18,170 nucleotides of DNA, from contig JAQGDQ010002003.1 of NCBI GenBank assembly GCA_030141605.1, forward strand, positions 1-18,170. Reading direction: 5' to 3'. Below the pieces are notes generated by a model, which saw only the letters and a list, made by a program, of their open reading frames with translations, made no database searches and was not told the origin of the DNA. Of the stretch, positions 1-9,381 are shown piece by piece. Origin of the DNA: Tubiluchus corallicola. Taxonomy: Eukaryota > Animalia > Priapulida. The translations under genes and the position numbers were made by a program. The stretch's first letter is position 1. Each line of letters begins with the position of its first letter.

Positions 1-1278
1 AGATTCATAATTCGCTGAGGGACTTGACGTTATTCGCACGTTTTTCTGACTATTTAATACTACTGATTAATTAGTATCCCGTCATAAATACAAACTTTCT
101 CTCTTGGGGAAACTCTCAAGACATTATTCCATGATACTATCTTACGCGGATTTAGTATTTCCTGGATAGTGTGTGAATCTGTGCAGCTTCACAGAATTTT
201 GTGTCGTTTTAAAAAGCTATTGAAAATCCAGATACGCGATTCGACTCGGAAATTGATAATACGGTTTCAAACTCGCTTGCAGAAACTACAATCAAATTAC
301 ACAGCAAGCTGATTTTTAATAATCAGATCACTTAAATACTTTATATCCACTTATTTTCACGTAATGTATCTAAGAACAACATTTTGTCATGGAAAATCTT
401 GGAAAAATATTACATCCGTTTTAAATCAAATGTAGAGGCTAAGAAATACATTCGTTATCTCTGTAGGAACAACTTATTACCGAGAAGCTATTATTATGCA
501 GAAACTAGAAGAAGACTGAGCAGTGTAGACTTTACATCCTTAACGTCAATTATGAATAGCAATTTTGCATTTTATATCTGTTTTAACATTTTAAAAACTT
601 ATGAATGAGAAAACACACCCGTTTTTGCAAATATCATAACGAAGTGTTACAATTCTATAAAATTCTGAAACCTTAGCTCAGCCATTATCACATCTTGTTT
701 TTACTAACACTGAACGAAAATTTGTTATTGTGAGCTTTTTAAACCTTTGTATAATGTTGCTGTTTTCTGAAAAGAAGACAATTTTTGACTATGAAATGTT
801 CCAATTCCGCTATCCCTGTTAAAAATTGTAAATAATATTATTCTGGTTTACTACCACTACTACTACTAGTAGTATCCGAGAAAACTGATAACAGACACTA
901 ATGGTTTAGAGCCTAATACCAGCCGGAAGTCAGTCGCGACAGCTACATGAATTAGAGCCAAATATTTCCGCCCGCCTGAACCCCACGTAAGACAACGAAA
1001 CTGTCGTAAATGCTCTGCATCTATCCGCCCATGCAAGTCTACTTCTTATAGCTTTTCAAAGCTTCCTATACATATAATACGTATAATAAATTGATGAATT
1101 TATTCTTGCACAAAATTAAATGTCGGTGATTTAAAACATTCACATTTATTACACTTTTACGGGTTTCACTGCACGTCTAAATCAAGCCTATCAGAATGCT
1201 TTTAGCAGCTAACATTTAGCTAACTACTACAAACCATTTTCTTCAGTGACACCTTGTGGAATGACATTGTAAAAAGAA

Positions 1279-1304
1279 CTAGGTGCTCGCGCATTTAACA
1301 GCTG
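1279..1304 (-). CDS. Gene B probable terminal coding exon: (A)AVKCAST-stop
   Basis: Strong acceptor ttactgtttttccacAG (NAGNAG), phase 1; completes NSCTLAAVKC (Kazal-like C4-xLxxxx-C5 spacing); TAG at 1281-1279; AATAAA on the minus strand at 1150-1145. Confidence 0.6.
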
Positions 1305-1561
1305 CTGTGGAAAAACAGTAAAATCTCTATTAGAAACTGAGCGAAAGATGGTCTATAGTTAACAAAAGATGCTCTTGTCTGACTTTCGCTTATCAAGTTG
1401 TTCATATTAGCTAGCACTACATCACCTCCACCTTTATCATTGATCACACTAGCAACTTGTTATCATTATCATCATCGCCATCATTAAAGCCGTCATGGTC
1501 AGTGACATCATCAACTTAAACATTATCGATGTTATTGGTACTTTTAACGTCAAAGCTAATC

Positions 1562-1682
1562 TTCATCAATCATCATCATCGTCGTCGTCACCACCACCAA
1601 CACCACCACCACCACCACCACCACCACCAAAACCACCACCACCACCACCACCACCACCACCACCACCACCACCACCACCACC

Positions 1683-1759
<77 letters not shown>

Positions 1760-1890
1760 TATCATTATCACCATTATCGTCATCGTCATTGTCATCGTCA
1801 TCGTCATCATCATCATAATCGTCGTCGTCGTCATCATCATCCTTGTCTTTATTATCAATGTTGTTGTCGTTGTCGTCATCACCGTCACTA
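1562..1890. repeat. Compound microsatellite (CCA)n-(TCA)n with degenerate TCA/TCG flanks
   Basis: Read directly; lies in the last intron of gene B and produces the poly-P/H/G/D ORFs. Confidence 0.95.
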
Positions 1891-2040
1891 CTGCCAGAAT
1901 AATAACCACTATTAATCAGACCACTGATTGTTTGCATTGCCATTACTGTAACATCATCGTCACCATTAGTAATACTGATGCTGATGACGACAGTGATACC
2001 AAAAGGTGCAAATAAATACATATTGTCATCATTGTCTTAC

Positions 2041-2201
2041 CTAATGTGCATGAGTTCATCTGATACATGGACAGTCCAGACAGCACGCCCTTGGTAACGG
2101 TCCTTCCACAGGCAGGAACCAGTAAATCACCTGGGCACACGTTCATTGGAGGGATGATTACCATCGAATCCCTTCCCTTTTCATCAACTGTTTTGCTTGA
2201 C
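2041..2201 (-). CDS. Gene B exon with Kazal-like Cys motif: SSKTVDEKGRDSMVIIPPMNVCPGDLLVPACGRTVTKGVLSGLSMYQMNSCTL
   Basis: Acceptor tttgtaatacAG, donor TAG|GTAAGA; 161 nt, phase 2 to 1, only this frame open; overlaps ORF 1943..2164. CP-x5-PACG...Y-x2-NSC resembles the Kazal core CPxxxxPVCG...TYxNxC. Confidence 0.8.
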
Positions 2202-2299
2202 CTGTATTACAAACAATATTTTACAAATGTCTACAAAAGACGTGGCTTCTTTGAGTGGATAGCAAGTGTGAGGTGACTAATGTGTGTGCTGACCGAACA

Positions 2300-2336
2300 A
2301 AGTTAAGCAACAAAGTCAGTGAGTGGATGGGTGACC
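2300..2336 (+). pseudogene. Degenerate 5S internal-promoter fragment (old SINE remnant)
   Basis: AAGTTAAGCAAC followed by GTCAGTGAGTGGATGGGTGACC: 5S box A and box C in the correct order with an internal deletion, directly before a (TC)n tract. Confidence 0.55.
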
Positions 2337-2347
2337 ACCAGGTTCAA

Positions 2348-2364
2348 CTCTCTCTTCTCTCTCT

Positions 2365-2456
<92 letters not shown>
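2348..2456. repeat. (TC)n microsatellite
   Basis: Read directly. Confidence 0.97.
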
Positions 2457-2458
<2 letters not shown>

Positions 2459-3284
2459 CAGTTTCATTCAGTATGCTAATTCTGGCTATTTGCCTAACAA
2501 ACGGAAGATGTACTTAAAAATGCTAAGAACCTCTGACCGGTTAAGGATCAACCTTTATAAGAGGCAGATTTTAGTCTCACTATAACCATCTACATTGAAC
2601 AAGCCCTACCACTAAGTGCAGAATTTCAGCTCACAAAGCGCCAAGTTCTATATAAAATTTATACCGCAAATTTACGCCATACCGAAAAAATGAATAACAT
2701 AAAATCTTTTGGTGACACTCACACGGTTATTAGAAGGCTACATCGAGCGGCCATTATATTAAGCTTCTAATAGGAAACTGTATTTGACGTACACAAATGA
2801 AGTGGATCACTATTACTATCACTGCCATAACCAGGCGCTGCATAGCGTCGCTATATCTACTTTCCCTTACATCGGATTCTAGTATATTGTGTCCTCCATC
2901 CATTAATATAATAATCGGTAACTATGCATTTTTAATAGGAACGTTGGTGCCTCGATACCAATTATTCTCAGTGAGAGACATGTCGAAAAAACAACTTGTA
3001 TAAGCATAAACAAAAATGTGAAGTCAAGGTTTCGACTTCACTAACCGAAAATATTGTCAGTCTCTTCTGACAATATGATAACGAAATATTGACATTAGAG
3101 TCTGTTTTTCATTATACATACTCATTTCTCGCTATTCCTTTCATAGCAATCGGTAATCATTCGTGCATTAAATACTTGATGATTAATATTCATCGTTATT
3201 GATTTGCCGCCTTGTAAGATACTGCGCCAATGAGGCCTTCATCGATTCAAAAACAGAATGTCCATGGCATCTTACTTGTTTTAA

Positions 3285-3948
3285 AGCACAAGAAAACCTC
3301 CACTTACATAAAGCTTAAAAATTCGCCTCATAATTTCATACCACTTACATACTGGCTTTTTGCATACAGGGTTTGCGTCAGTAGTAATGCTGTATAAAAC
3401 ATGTAAACTTAAACTCCCGCGATGCCCGTTAGACGCAGCCATTTTGACGATAAGTCATTTGAAACAAGTTTAGCTAACACTGAGTAAAGTTGGAAAAAAT
3501 AAGCGGAGCATTCGTAGCGCACACGTCACTAACTAAGTAAAATTACTGTATCTTGTCAATAAGATTAAAAATATATTTTTGGTTAGTGAGTGGTGCATCG
3601 TGGAGGTAAATCGTCGACATTTTACGACTATTGGTGAAAACATTTAAATAATTAATAATTTTCTTTTCTAGTTAAATAAGTCTTTCAAGCACGTAAGCGA
3701 AATGTTAAGCAATATAATTTTGCAAAAAACATACTTTGACATTTCCTTTTATTCTCCTGATTTACGTTGTGCGTATATGACGTCATGTAATGGCGAAACA
3801 ATATTTGGGGAGATTTAAAATAAAAACAAACAGAAAATCCTTTTAATGCGAGTACGATATATGCACAAAATTGCTATAAAGTAATATAATTTTTAAGGCG
3901 ATTATTCTGAAACCTACTCCATACTTCAGGTACCCCCTTTCTTGTCCT
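3285..3948. mobile_element. Non-autonomous DNA transposon/MITE with TTAA target-site duplication (Kolobok-like), in a gene B intron
   Basis: TTAA|AGCACAAGAAA at 3281-3295 and TTTCTTGTCCT|TTAA at 3938-3952: terminal inverted repeats matching 10/11, purine-purine termini, TTAA on both sides, no ORF. Confidence 0.65.
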
Positions 3949-4051
3949 TTAAGCTAATGATAACACTGTTATCATTTAGACTTAGTTAATACAAGAAATG
4001 CTTCTCAAAATTGAAAACAACAATAATACCCATATATGGACAACGGCGTAC

Positions 4052-4111
4052 ATGTAAGGTGCTAGAAAAGGTGAATCTTTTGTCGGATGGTAAATTATCT
4101 TGCTAAGGAAG
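4052..4111 (-). CDS. Gene B internal exon: FLSKIIYHPTKDSPFLAPY(M)
   Basis: Acceptor gttttgtttctgtcAG; only the phase-2 frame is open, as the previous exon requires. Donor AT|GTACGC (4051-4046) gives phase 2, matching the next exon. An alternative donor exists at 4029. Confidence 0.68.
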
Positions 4112-4261
4112 CTGACAGAAACAAAACTACTGAAAAATAACTAGCGCAAATAATGTGAAGAGAAGCCGTTTTACATTATCTCCACTTCCCAAGCCACTTT
4201 GGACTTCTCAGTTTTTTCTTTAGTAAAAGGCTTAGTGATAAAAAAGTCAGTTATATGTTAC

Positions 4262-4314
4262 CCTGATTCCAATTTTTCTGTGATTTCTTCATCTTCGTTC
4301 GTTTCATCCATGAA
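4262..4314 (-). CDS. Gene B internal exon (acidic): FMDETNEDEEITEKLES(G)
   Basis: Acceptor poly-T gtAG, donor GG|GTAACA; 53 nt, phase 0 to 2. Confidence 0.75.
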
Positions 4315-4457
4315 CTACAAAAAAAACCACGAGAGGTAAAAATTACGATGAACTCAATTAACATTTTAACATTGGCAGCAATTATTTTGATCAACTTGAT
4401 ACGAAGTAAGAGTCTGAACATACGGTAATTGCAACATTAACATTTGACAAAATCTAC

Positions 4458-4544
4458 CTTAGGCACTATGGCAGTCCTGCGAGTGGCCACGTACGCCGCT
4501 GGCGGACCCTCCGTATCAACATTCCTATCATTAGACACTCTTTC
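4458..4544 (-). CDS. Gene B internal exon: ERVSNDRNVDTEGPPAAYVATRRTAIVPK
   Basis: Acceptor tttatgttttAG, donor AAG|GTAGAT; 87 nt, phase 0-0; GC-richer than its flanks and in frame with both neighbours. Confidence 0.72.
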
Positions 4545-4574
4545 CTAAAACATAAATTTTTCAGCTTTTTATAT

Positions 4575-4800
4575 CGTCATCATCATCATTATCACAATCG
4601 TCATAATCACTGGTGCCATCCATTATTATTATCGTTATCACCGTTATCATCATCATCATCATCGTCGTCGTCGTTGTCGTCATCATCATCATCATTATCA
4701 TAATCATCATCATCACTGGTGTCATCCATTATTATTATCGTTATCACCGTTATCATCATCATCGTCGTCGTCGTCGTCGTCATCATCATCATCATCAGCA
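4575..4800. repeat. Degenerate (TCA/TCG)n tract containing a 106-bp-period tandem duplication
   Basis: TCACTGGTG(C/T)CATCCATTATTATTATCGTTATCACCGTTATCATC starts at both 4607 and 4713. Confidence 0.9.
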
Positions 4801-5000
4801 CATTCATTAGCGTCATTGTCATCAACTTTGCCATAATTATTACACTGTATTAGTTTTTGAAAAAATTCGTCTGTAACATTGAAAGTTACTGTATGTAGCC
4901 TGTTAATATAGGACCTAAAATTGTCTTTGTCAATTGTGTACGATACATTTGTTAAACTGTTTCTGTATCCGTTAAGCGACACAGATTGAATAATAATTAC

Positions 5001-5074
5001 CTGGTCGATGTCCTCATCTAAACGATCATCATGCTGCTCTCGTCTAAAATCGTTGTCTGGATCGTCCGAATCTT
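5001..5074 (-). CDS. Gene B internal exon (acidic): (E)DSDDPDNDFRREQHDDRLDEDIDQ
   Basis: Strong acceptor ctctttttgcttctttcAG and donor CAG|GTAATT; 74 nt, phase 1 to 0; the other two frames contain stops. Confidence 0.75.
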
Positions 5075-6318
5075 CTGAAAGAAGCAAAAAGAGGTATACT
5101 AGATGTACAAATATTGTAAAACACAACGTACCCAAGAATAAGGGTTCTAACATCTACGACTGTCTTTTCAGCATTGACGTAGTAAACATTACTGTCACCA
5201 TCACAATCATTGTCGTCATCAACAGCAGGTCCTTGACCATCGCAATCATTATCGTCGTTGAGACGACATCAGCTGCCAGGTCTAGTGGTTGTTGTATGAA
5301 GTTTCTACTTTCGCTTAAATGTCTTCTCCACCGCCTGCCTAACTGACTACCAGGATTCTAATAACTTCAAACTTTTCGTCGTTGTTTACAAACTTAATGT
5401 TCACACTCAATTTTATTAAGACGAAGTGCTTTCGATGAAGCAGTTTTTCTTTAAAGTGTAATAACAATAAACGTCAATATCACACATCGTCATTATGTAT
5501 TACAACATCAATGCATTCTCTCGTTCTCGTCTTGTCACAAATTTCCCGTTTTTCGAACTTCGAAATTAGCTGAGCGCAAGACATTGAAAGAGCAGGTGTT
5601 GAAGTTTTGTCTGGCAATTTCTGATGATGATTTGCAATGTGAGGATGTCAGGTTTACGCTGAGAAGTGTCCAACATTATCAAACGTGATTATTGGACCAA
5701 ACTGTACGCAATTTGTCATCATTGTTCAAGGTTAATATTTGACCAAAACGGCGACTATGAAAAGTTTTGCTTTTGACTTTACAGTTAGCTATGTTTCTAA
5801 TTCTAACTCCTACACAGTTCTTGGTGTACGACCATAAAGCCTTGGTAGCACACTTTACAGTGCTAAGTTATAAGACAGAAGTACGTCTAGAAAATCAAAC
5901 AAATCCCATGCATTGAGTGAAACAAGGTCTGTTTGAGATGCTGCTGCTGCTGTTGCTGCTGTTGCTGCCTTTCTAATTGATTTCAAAGAAACGTTTTTTA
6001 TTTTCTGCCATATGACTTTGACTTTGGCAAAACATTATTTTAATTACCCAGCCGTAGCATTTTTATCATATCTTAGTATTTTTTCCTTAAGGCTGGTTCG
6101 AGCAAAACAAAAATTTCACAATATTTATCATGTTAACTGTTTTACTAAGTTATCACAGCCTGTATTTCAAAGGTAATATGAAATAATTTGCCTGAGAAAA
6201 AACAGAAGGGAAATATTCCTCTGATGTGGTTGAAGATGACATATTTTTCTAGCAAAGTACCATTGCTCCCATCATCCCAACATGTTCTACAACCGTACAT
6301 CATAAATGCGCAATTAAA

Positions 6319-6602
6319 AGTGCACTCTTGTTTACAGTGCACTCTTGTCTACAGTGCACTCTTGTCTACTGTGTACTATTGTCTACAGTGCACTCTTGTC
6401 TACAGTGCACTCTTGTCTACTGTGCACTATTGTCTACTGTGTACTATTGTCTACAGTGAACTCTTGTCTACTGTACACTATTGTTTATTGTGCACTATTG
6501 TCTACAGTGCACTCTTGTCTACTGTGCACTATTGTCTACAGTGCACTATTGTCTACAGTGCACTATTGTCTACAGTGCACCATTGTCTACAGTCCACTAT
6601 TG
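6319..6602. repeat. 17-bp minisatellite, about 16.7 copies
   Basis: Unit AGTGCACT(C/A)TTGTCTAC containing the palindrome AGTGCACT; explains ORFs 6188..6610 and 6345..6632. Confidence 0.95.
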
Positions 6603-8085
6603 AGCTTTAAAACCAAGACTTCGTATACTTAAAAGTAAAAGGTCATTTACTGCCGTCGCCAGCAAAAACAATGGAGAAATATCGTGGCATGGATTTTTTG
6701 CAAAAAATTACGGATTCGTGCAACCAAAGTCAACTGCAACATGCTGCAGACTTCGAAGAATTATCAGCAGCTCAGAAAATTACACAGAAAAAAGCTTAGA
6801 ATCGATGCGATTAGCTGCATTAAAGACCTTCGGTTGCACCAAGAGACTTAGCTAATTAACTTCAGTAATTGCTATAATGTAGTTGCTTTGTGACATATGC
6901 TGTGATTACAATCCCACATATTCGCCGGTTTTTCTATTACTTCTTTGTATAATTGTTGTCTGATAAACAGTTTCTCTGTCTGTTCTTTGTTCTCTGCTTG
7001 ATTGGTTGGTTGGGTGGCATAATAGCTGTCAGACATTGGTCGATTGGTTGTTTGGTGAGTAAGTCGGTTGTTCAGACAACCGATTGGTTGGTTGACTGAT
7101 TGAGAAGTAGGTGTAGTTCTGAATGTGCTTGTCGTGTTGTACACTGGATGCATGTCTCCTAGTTTGCTTACTTGGAAAACTTTTTAGGTGCCTTGCAGAG
7201 TAGTAAGTTGATTGTGTGTTCTCTTTTATTTGACTGATTAATTTTTAAGTTTAATTTGTTTCCATGATACTTTCGCGTTAACTGTATTTTGCCGCTTGAT
7301 ATTGTTGGGATATTTCTCAGATATAAGGTATTACATGTGTTCCATTAATGTAATTAGTCAATTGTGTTCATGATTTCGCTCTTTGTCCCTTGTATAGCTG
7401 TTTTCCATGTAACAGATTTCTGTGTATTATCTGGTCTTCAATATAAAAGATCATGTACGTCTTTATGTCATTATTTTGTAAGCTTTGTACCTTTACTAAA
7501 TTTAGCTGCTTATGTTTGCATTTGCATACAAACCTTAGTTCACATTTTTATAGTTATTTGTGCTATTTGTACTTTATTTTTTCATTAATTTTTTATTAAC
7601 TGTAGAACTTGTTGTTAATATACTATAACAATTATCATATTGACAATTTTGCTGTGCTTTTTTACAAAAATTTATTTCTCACACAGAAGAGTTTCAGAAT
7701 TATACACAACAGATTTAGATTTCTATTTTCAACGTCTCATAATAAACGTGCAGCGAATAACTTTGAATTTACTTTCTTTGTATGGAGAATCCTCAAAATG
7801 ACTTGAATTGAAGCACGGGCATATTTTACCTTGACATACAGAAATAGTAAAGATAACTTAGACTAGCATTAACATCTTTTTACATTAGAACAACACTGAA
7901 AAGGCAGTCTGAAATATAACAGCTACAAGTGGATCTGAAGCAAACGTGGATATATCAAGGAGAAGTGGATCTACGTCAAGCACGGATGAACTCCGGATCT
8001 GTTGAAGAACTATTCTACTGTCCATAACTGTAGAAGTATTGTACAAAGAATGTTCAATCTATGTTCAACTTGGGAATCACAGGAT

Positions 8086-8505
8086 TTACCAGAAACCACC
8101 ACCATATCCGTATCCACGGCCATAAGATACACGTCCGTAGCCACCAAGTCCACCGTATCCACCGTATCCGTATCCACGGCCATAAAATCCACGTCCGTAG
8201 CCACCAAATCCACCGTATCCACGTCCGTAGAAACCACGGCCATATCCACCATATCCGCCAAATCCACCGTATCCACGTCCGTAGTAACCACCGCCATATC
8301 CACCAAATCCACCGTATCCACGTCCGTAGTAACCACGGCCGTATCCGCCGAATCCACCGTATCCACGTCCGTAGAATCCACCTCTATATCCGAAGCCTAA
8401 TCCACGTCCATAGCCAAAGCCACGTCCATAGCCAAAGCCACGTCCATAGCCAATGCCTCGTCCGTAGCCGCCACGATAAAATCCGCCGGCGCTAACTACA
8501 GCAAC
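8086..8505 (-). CDS. Gene A, last coding exon: secreted Gly/Tyr/Arg/Phe-rich low-complexity protein (mature region)
   Basis: Minus-strand acceptor catttgtAG|GTT (AG at 8507-8506), then 139 open codons: VAVVSAGGFYRGGYGRGIGYGRGFGYGRGFGYGRGLGFGYRGGFYGRGYGGFGGY...VSYGRGYGYGGGFW, stop TAA at 8088-8086. Synonymous variation among Gly/Tyr codons points to real coding sequence rather than a simple DNA repeat. Absent from the ORF track because the exon has no start codon in this frame. Confidence 0.93.
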   Translation of the reverse strand, partial: VAVVSAGGFYRGGYGRGIGYGRGFGYGRGFGYGRGLGFGYRGGFYGRGYGGFGGYGRGYYGRGYGGFGGYGGGYYGRGYGGFGGYGGYGRGFYGRGYGGFGGYGRGFYGRGYGYGGYGGLGGYGRVSYGRGYGYGGGFW

Positions 8506-8506
8506 C

Positions 8507-9114
8507 TACAAATGTATTATCAATGAAACTGATGTATAAATGTATTATCAATGAAACTGTTGTACAAATGTATTATCAATGAAACTGTTGTACAAATGAA
8601 CATATCAATGAAACTGTTGTACAAATGAATGTATCAATGAAACTGTTGTACAAATGTATTATCAATGAAACTGTTGTACAAATGAACTTATCAATGAAAC
8701 TGTTATACAAATGAACTTATCAATGAAACTGTTGTACAAATGAACTTATCAATGAAACTGCTGTACAAATGTATTATCAATGAAACTGTTGTACAAATGA
8801 ACTTATCAATGAAACTGTTGTACAAATGAACTTATCAATGAAACTGTTGTACAAACGAACTTGTCAATGAAACTGTTGTACAAATGAACTTATCAATGAA
8901 ACTGTTGTACAAATGAACTTACAATGAAACTGTTGTGCAAATGTATTATCAATGAAACTGTTGTACAAATGAACTTATCAATGAAACTGTTGTACAAATG
9001 AACTTATCAATGAAACTGTTGTACAAATGTATTATCAATGAAACTGTTGTACAAATGAACTTATCAATGAAACAGTTGTACAAATGAACTTATCAATGAA
9101 ACTGTTATACAAAT
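8507..9114. repeat. 28/29-bp minisatellite, about 21 copies, in gene A intron
   Basis: Units TACAAATGTATTATCAATGAAACTGTTG (28 bp) and TACAAATGAACTTATCAATGAAACTGTTG (29 bp), head to tail, no spacers. Confidence 0.95.
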
Positions 9115-9345
9115 AAAAACTTCTTGTTCTTTTAACTTCTTTTGTCTCCAAAGTTAATTAAATAGTTTGACTGAAATGTTGTTGGCTAACACAAACCAAT
9201 GCCAAGTACATGTGTCGACGTACTTTGATTGATGCAGTAAAGGCTACGTTGCATTAAATAGAAACGTGAATGTAAATTAACTAGGTGTGGTACTCGAACA
9301 TGAACAATTGGCTAAATTGTGAAATTCCGTCCATAGACGACTTAC

Positions 9346-9381
9346 CAAAGCGGCAAGGAGGAAAGCTAGAGCGATCTTCAT
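9346..9381 (-). CDS. Gene A, first coding exon: signal peptide MKIALAFLLAAL
   Basis: Minus strand reads ttttcttgttAG|gaaa ATG AAG ATC GCT CTA GCT TTC CTC CTT GCC GCT TTG|GTAAGT. Consensus donor at 9345-9340, phase 0, joins in frame to the 8505 exon to give MKIALAFLLAALVAVVSA-GG, a typical signal peptide with a V-S-A cleavage motif. Confidence 0.92.

Noticed and set aside
1495-2021. Poly-Pro/His/Gly/Asp ORFs; likewise the ORFs over 2255-2585, 4607-4834, 10756-11100, 15248-15790 and 16296-17638
   Set aside because: Translations of microsatellites that lack stop codons in some frames.
4722-5153. 143-aa unspliced ORF with poly-Asp
   Set aside because: Only 5001-5074 is bounded by strong splice sites; the rest reads through intron and a TCA microsatellite.
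6048-6300. Candidate upstream exons of gene B (acceptors at about 6192 and 6093, donor at 6047)
   Set aside because: Several phase options exist and none links unambiguously to the phase-1 exon at 5074; left unresolved.
8002-8495. ORFs 8002..8400 (Ser/Thr-rich), 8010..8381 and 8061..8495 (His-rich)
   Set aside because: Antisense or out-of-frame shadows of the Gly/Tyr exon, which alone has splice sites and a signal peptide.
8507-9114. CRISPR-like array (28-29-bp repeats)
   Set aside because: Units are directly adjacent with no unique spacers, there are no cas genes, and it lies in a eukaryotic intron.
4544-9346. Gene A signal exon spliced onto gene B exons
   Set aside because: Phase 0 does not fit the 5074 exon; joining to 4544 is phase-compatible but would truncate the signal peptide and has no other support.
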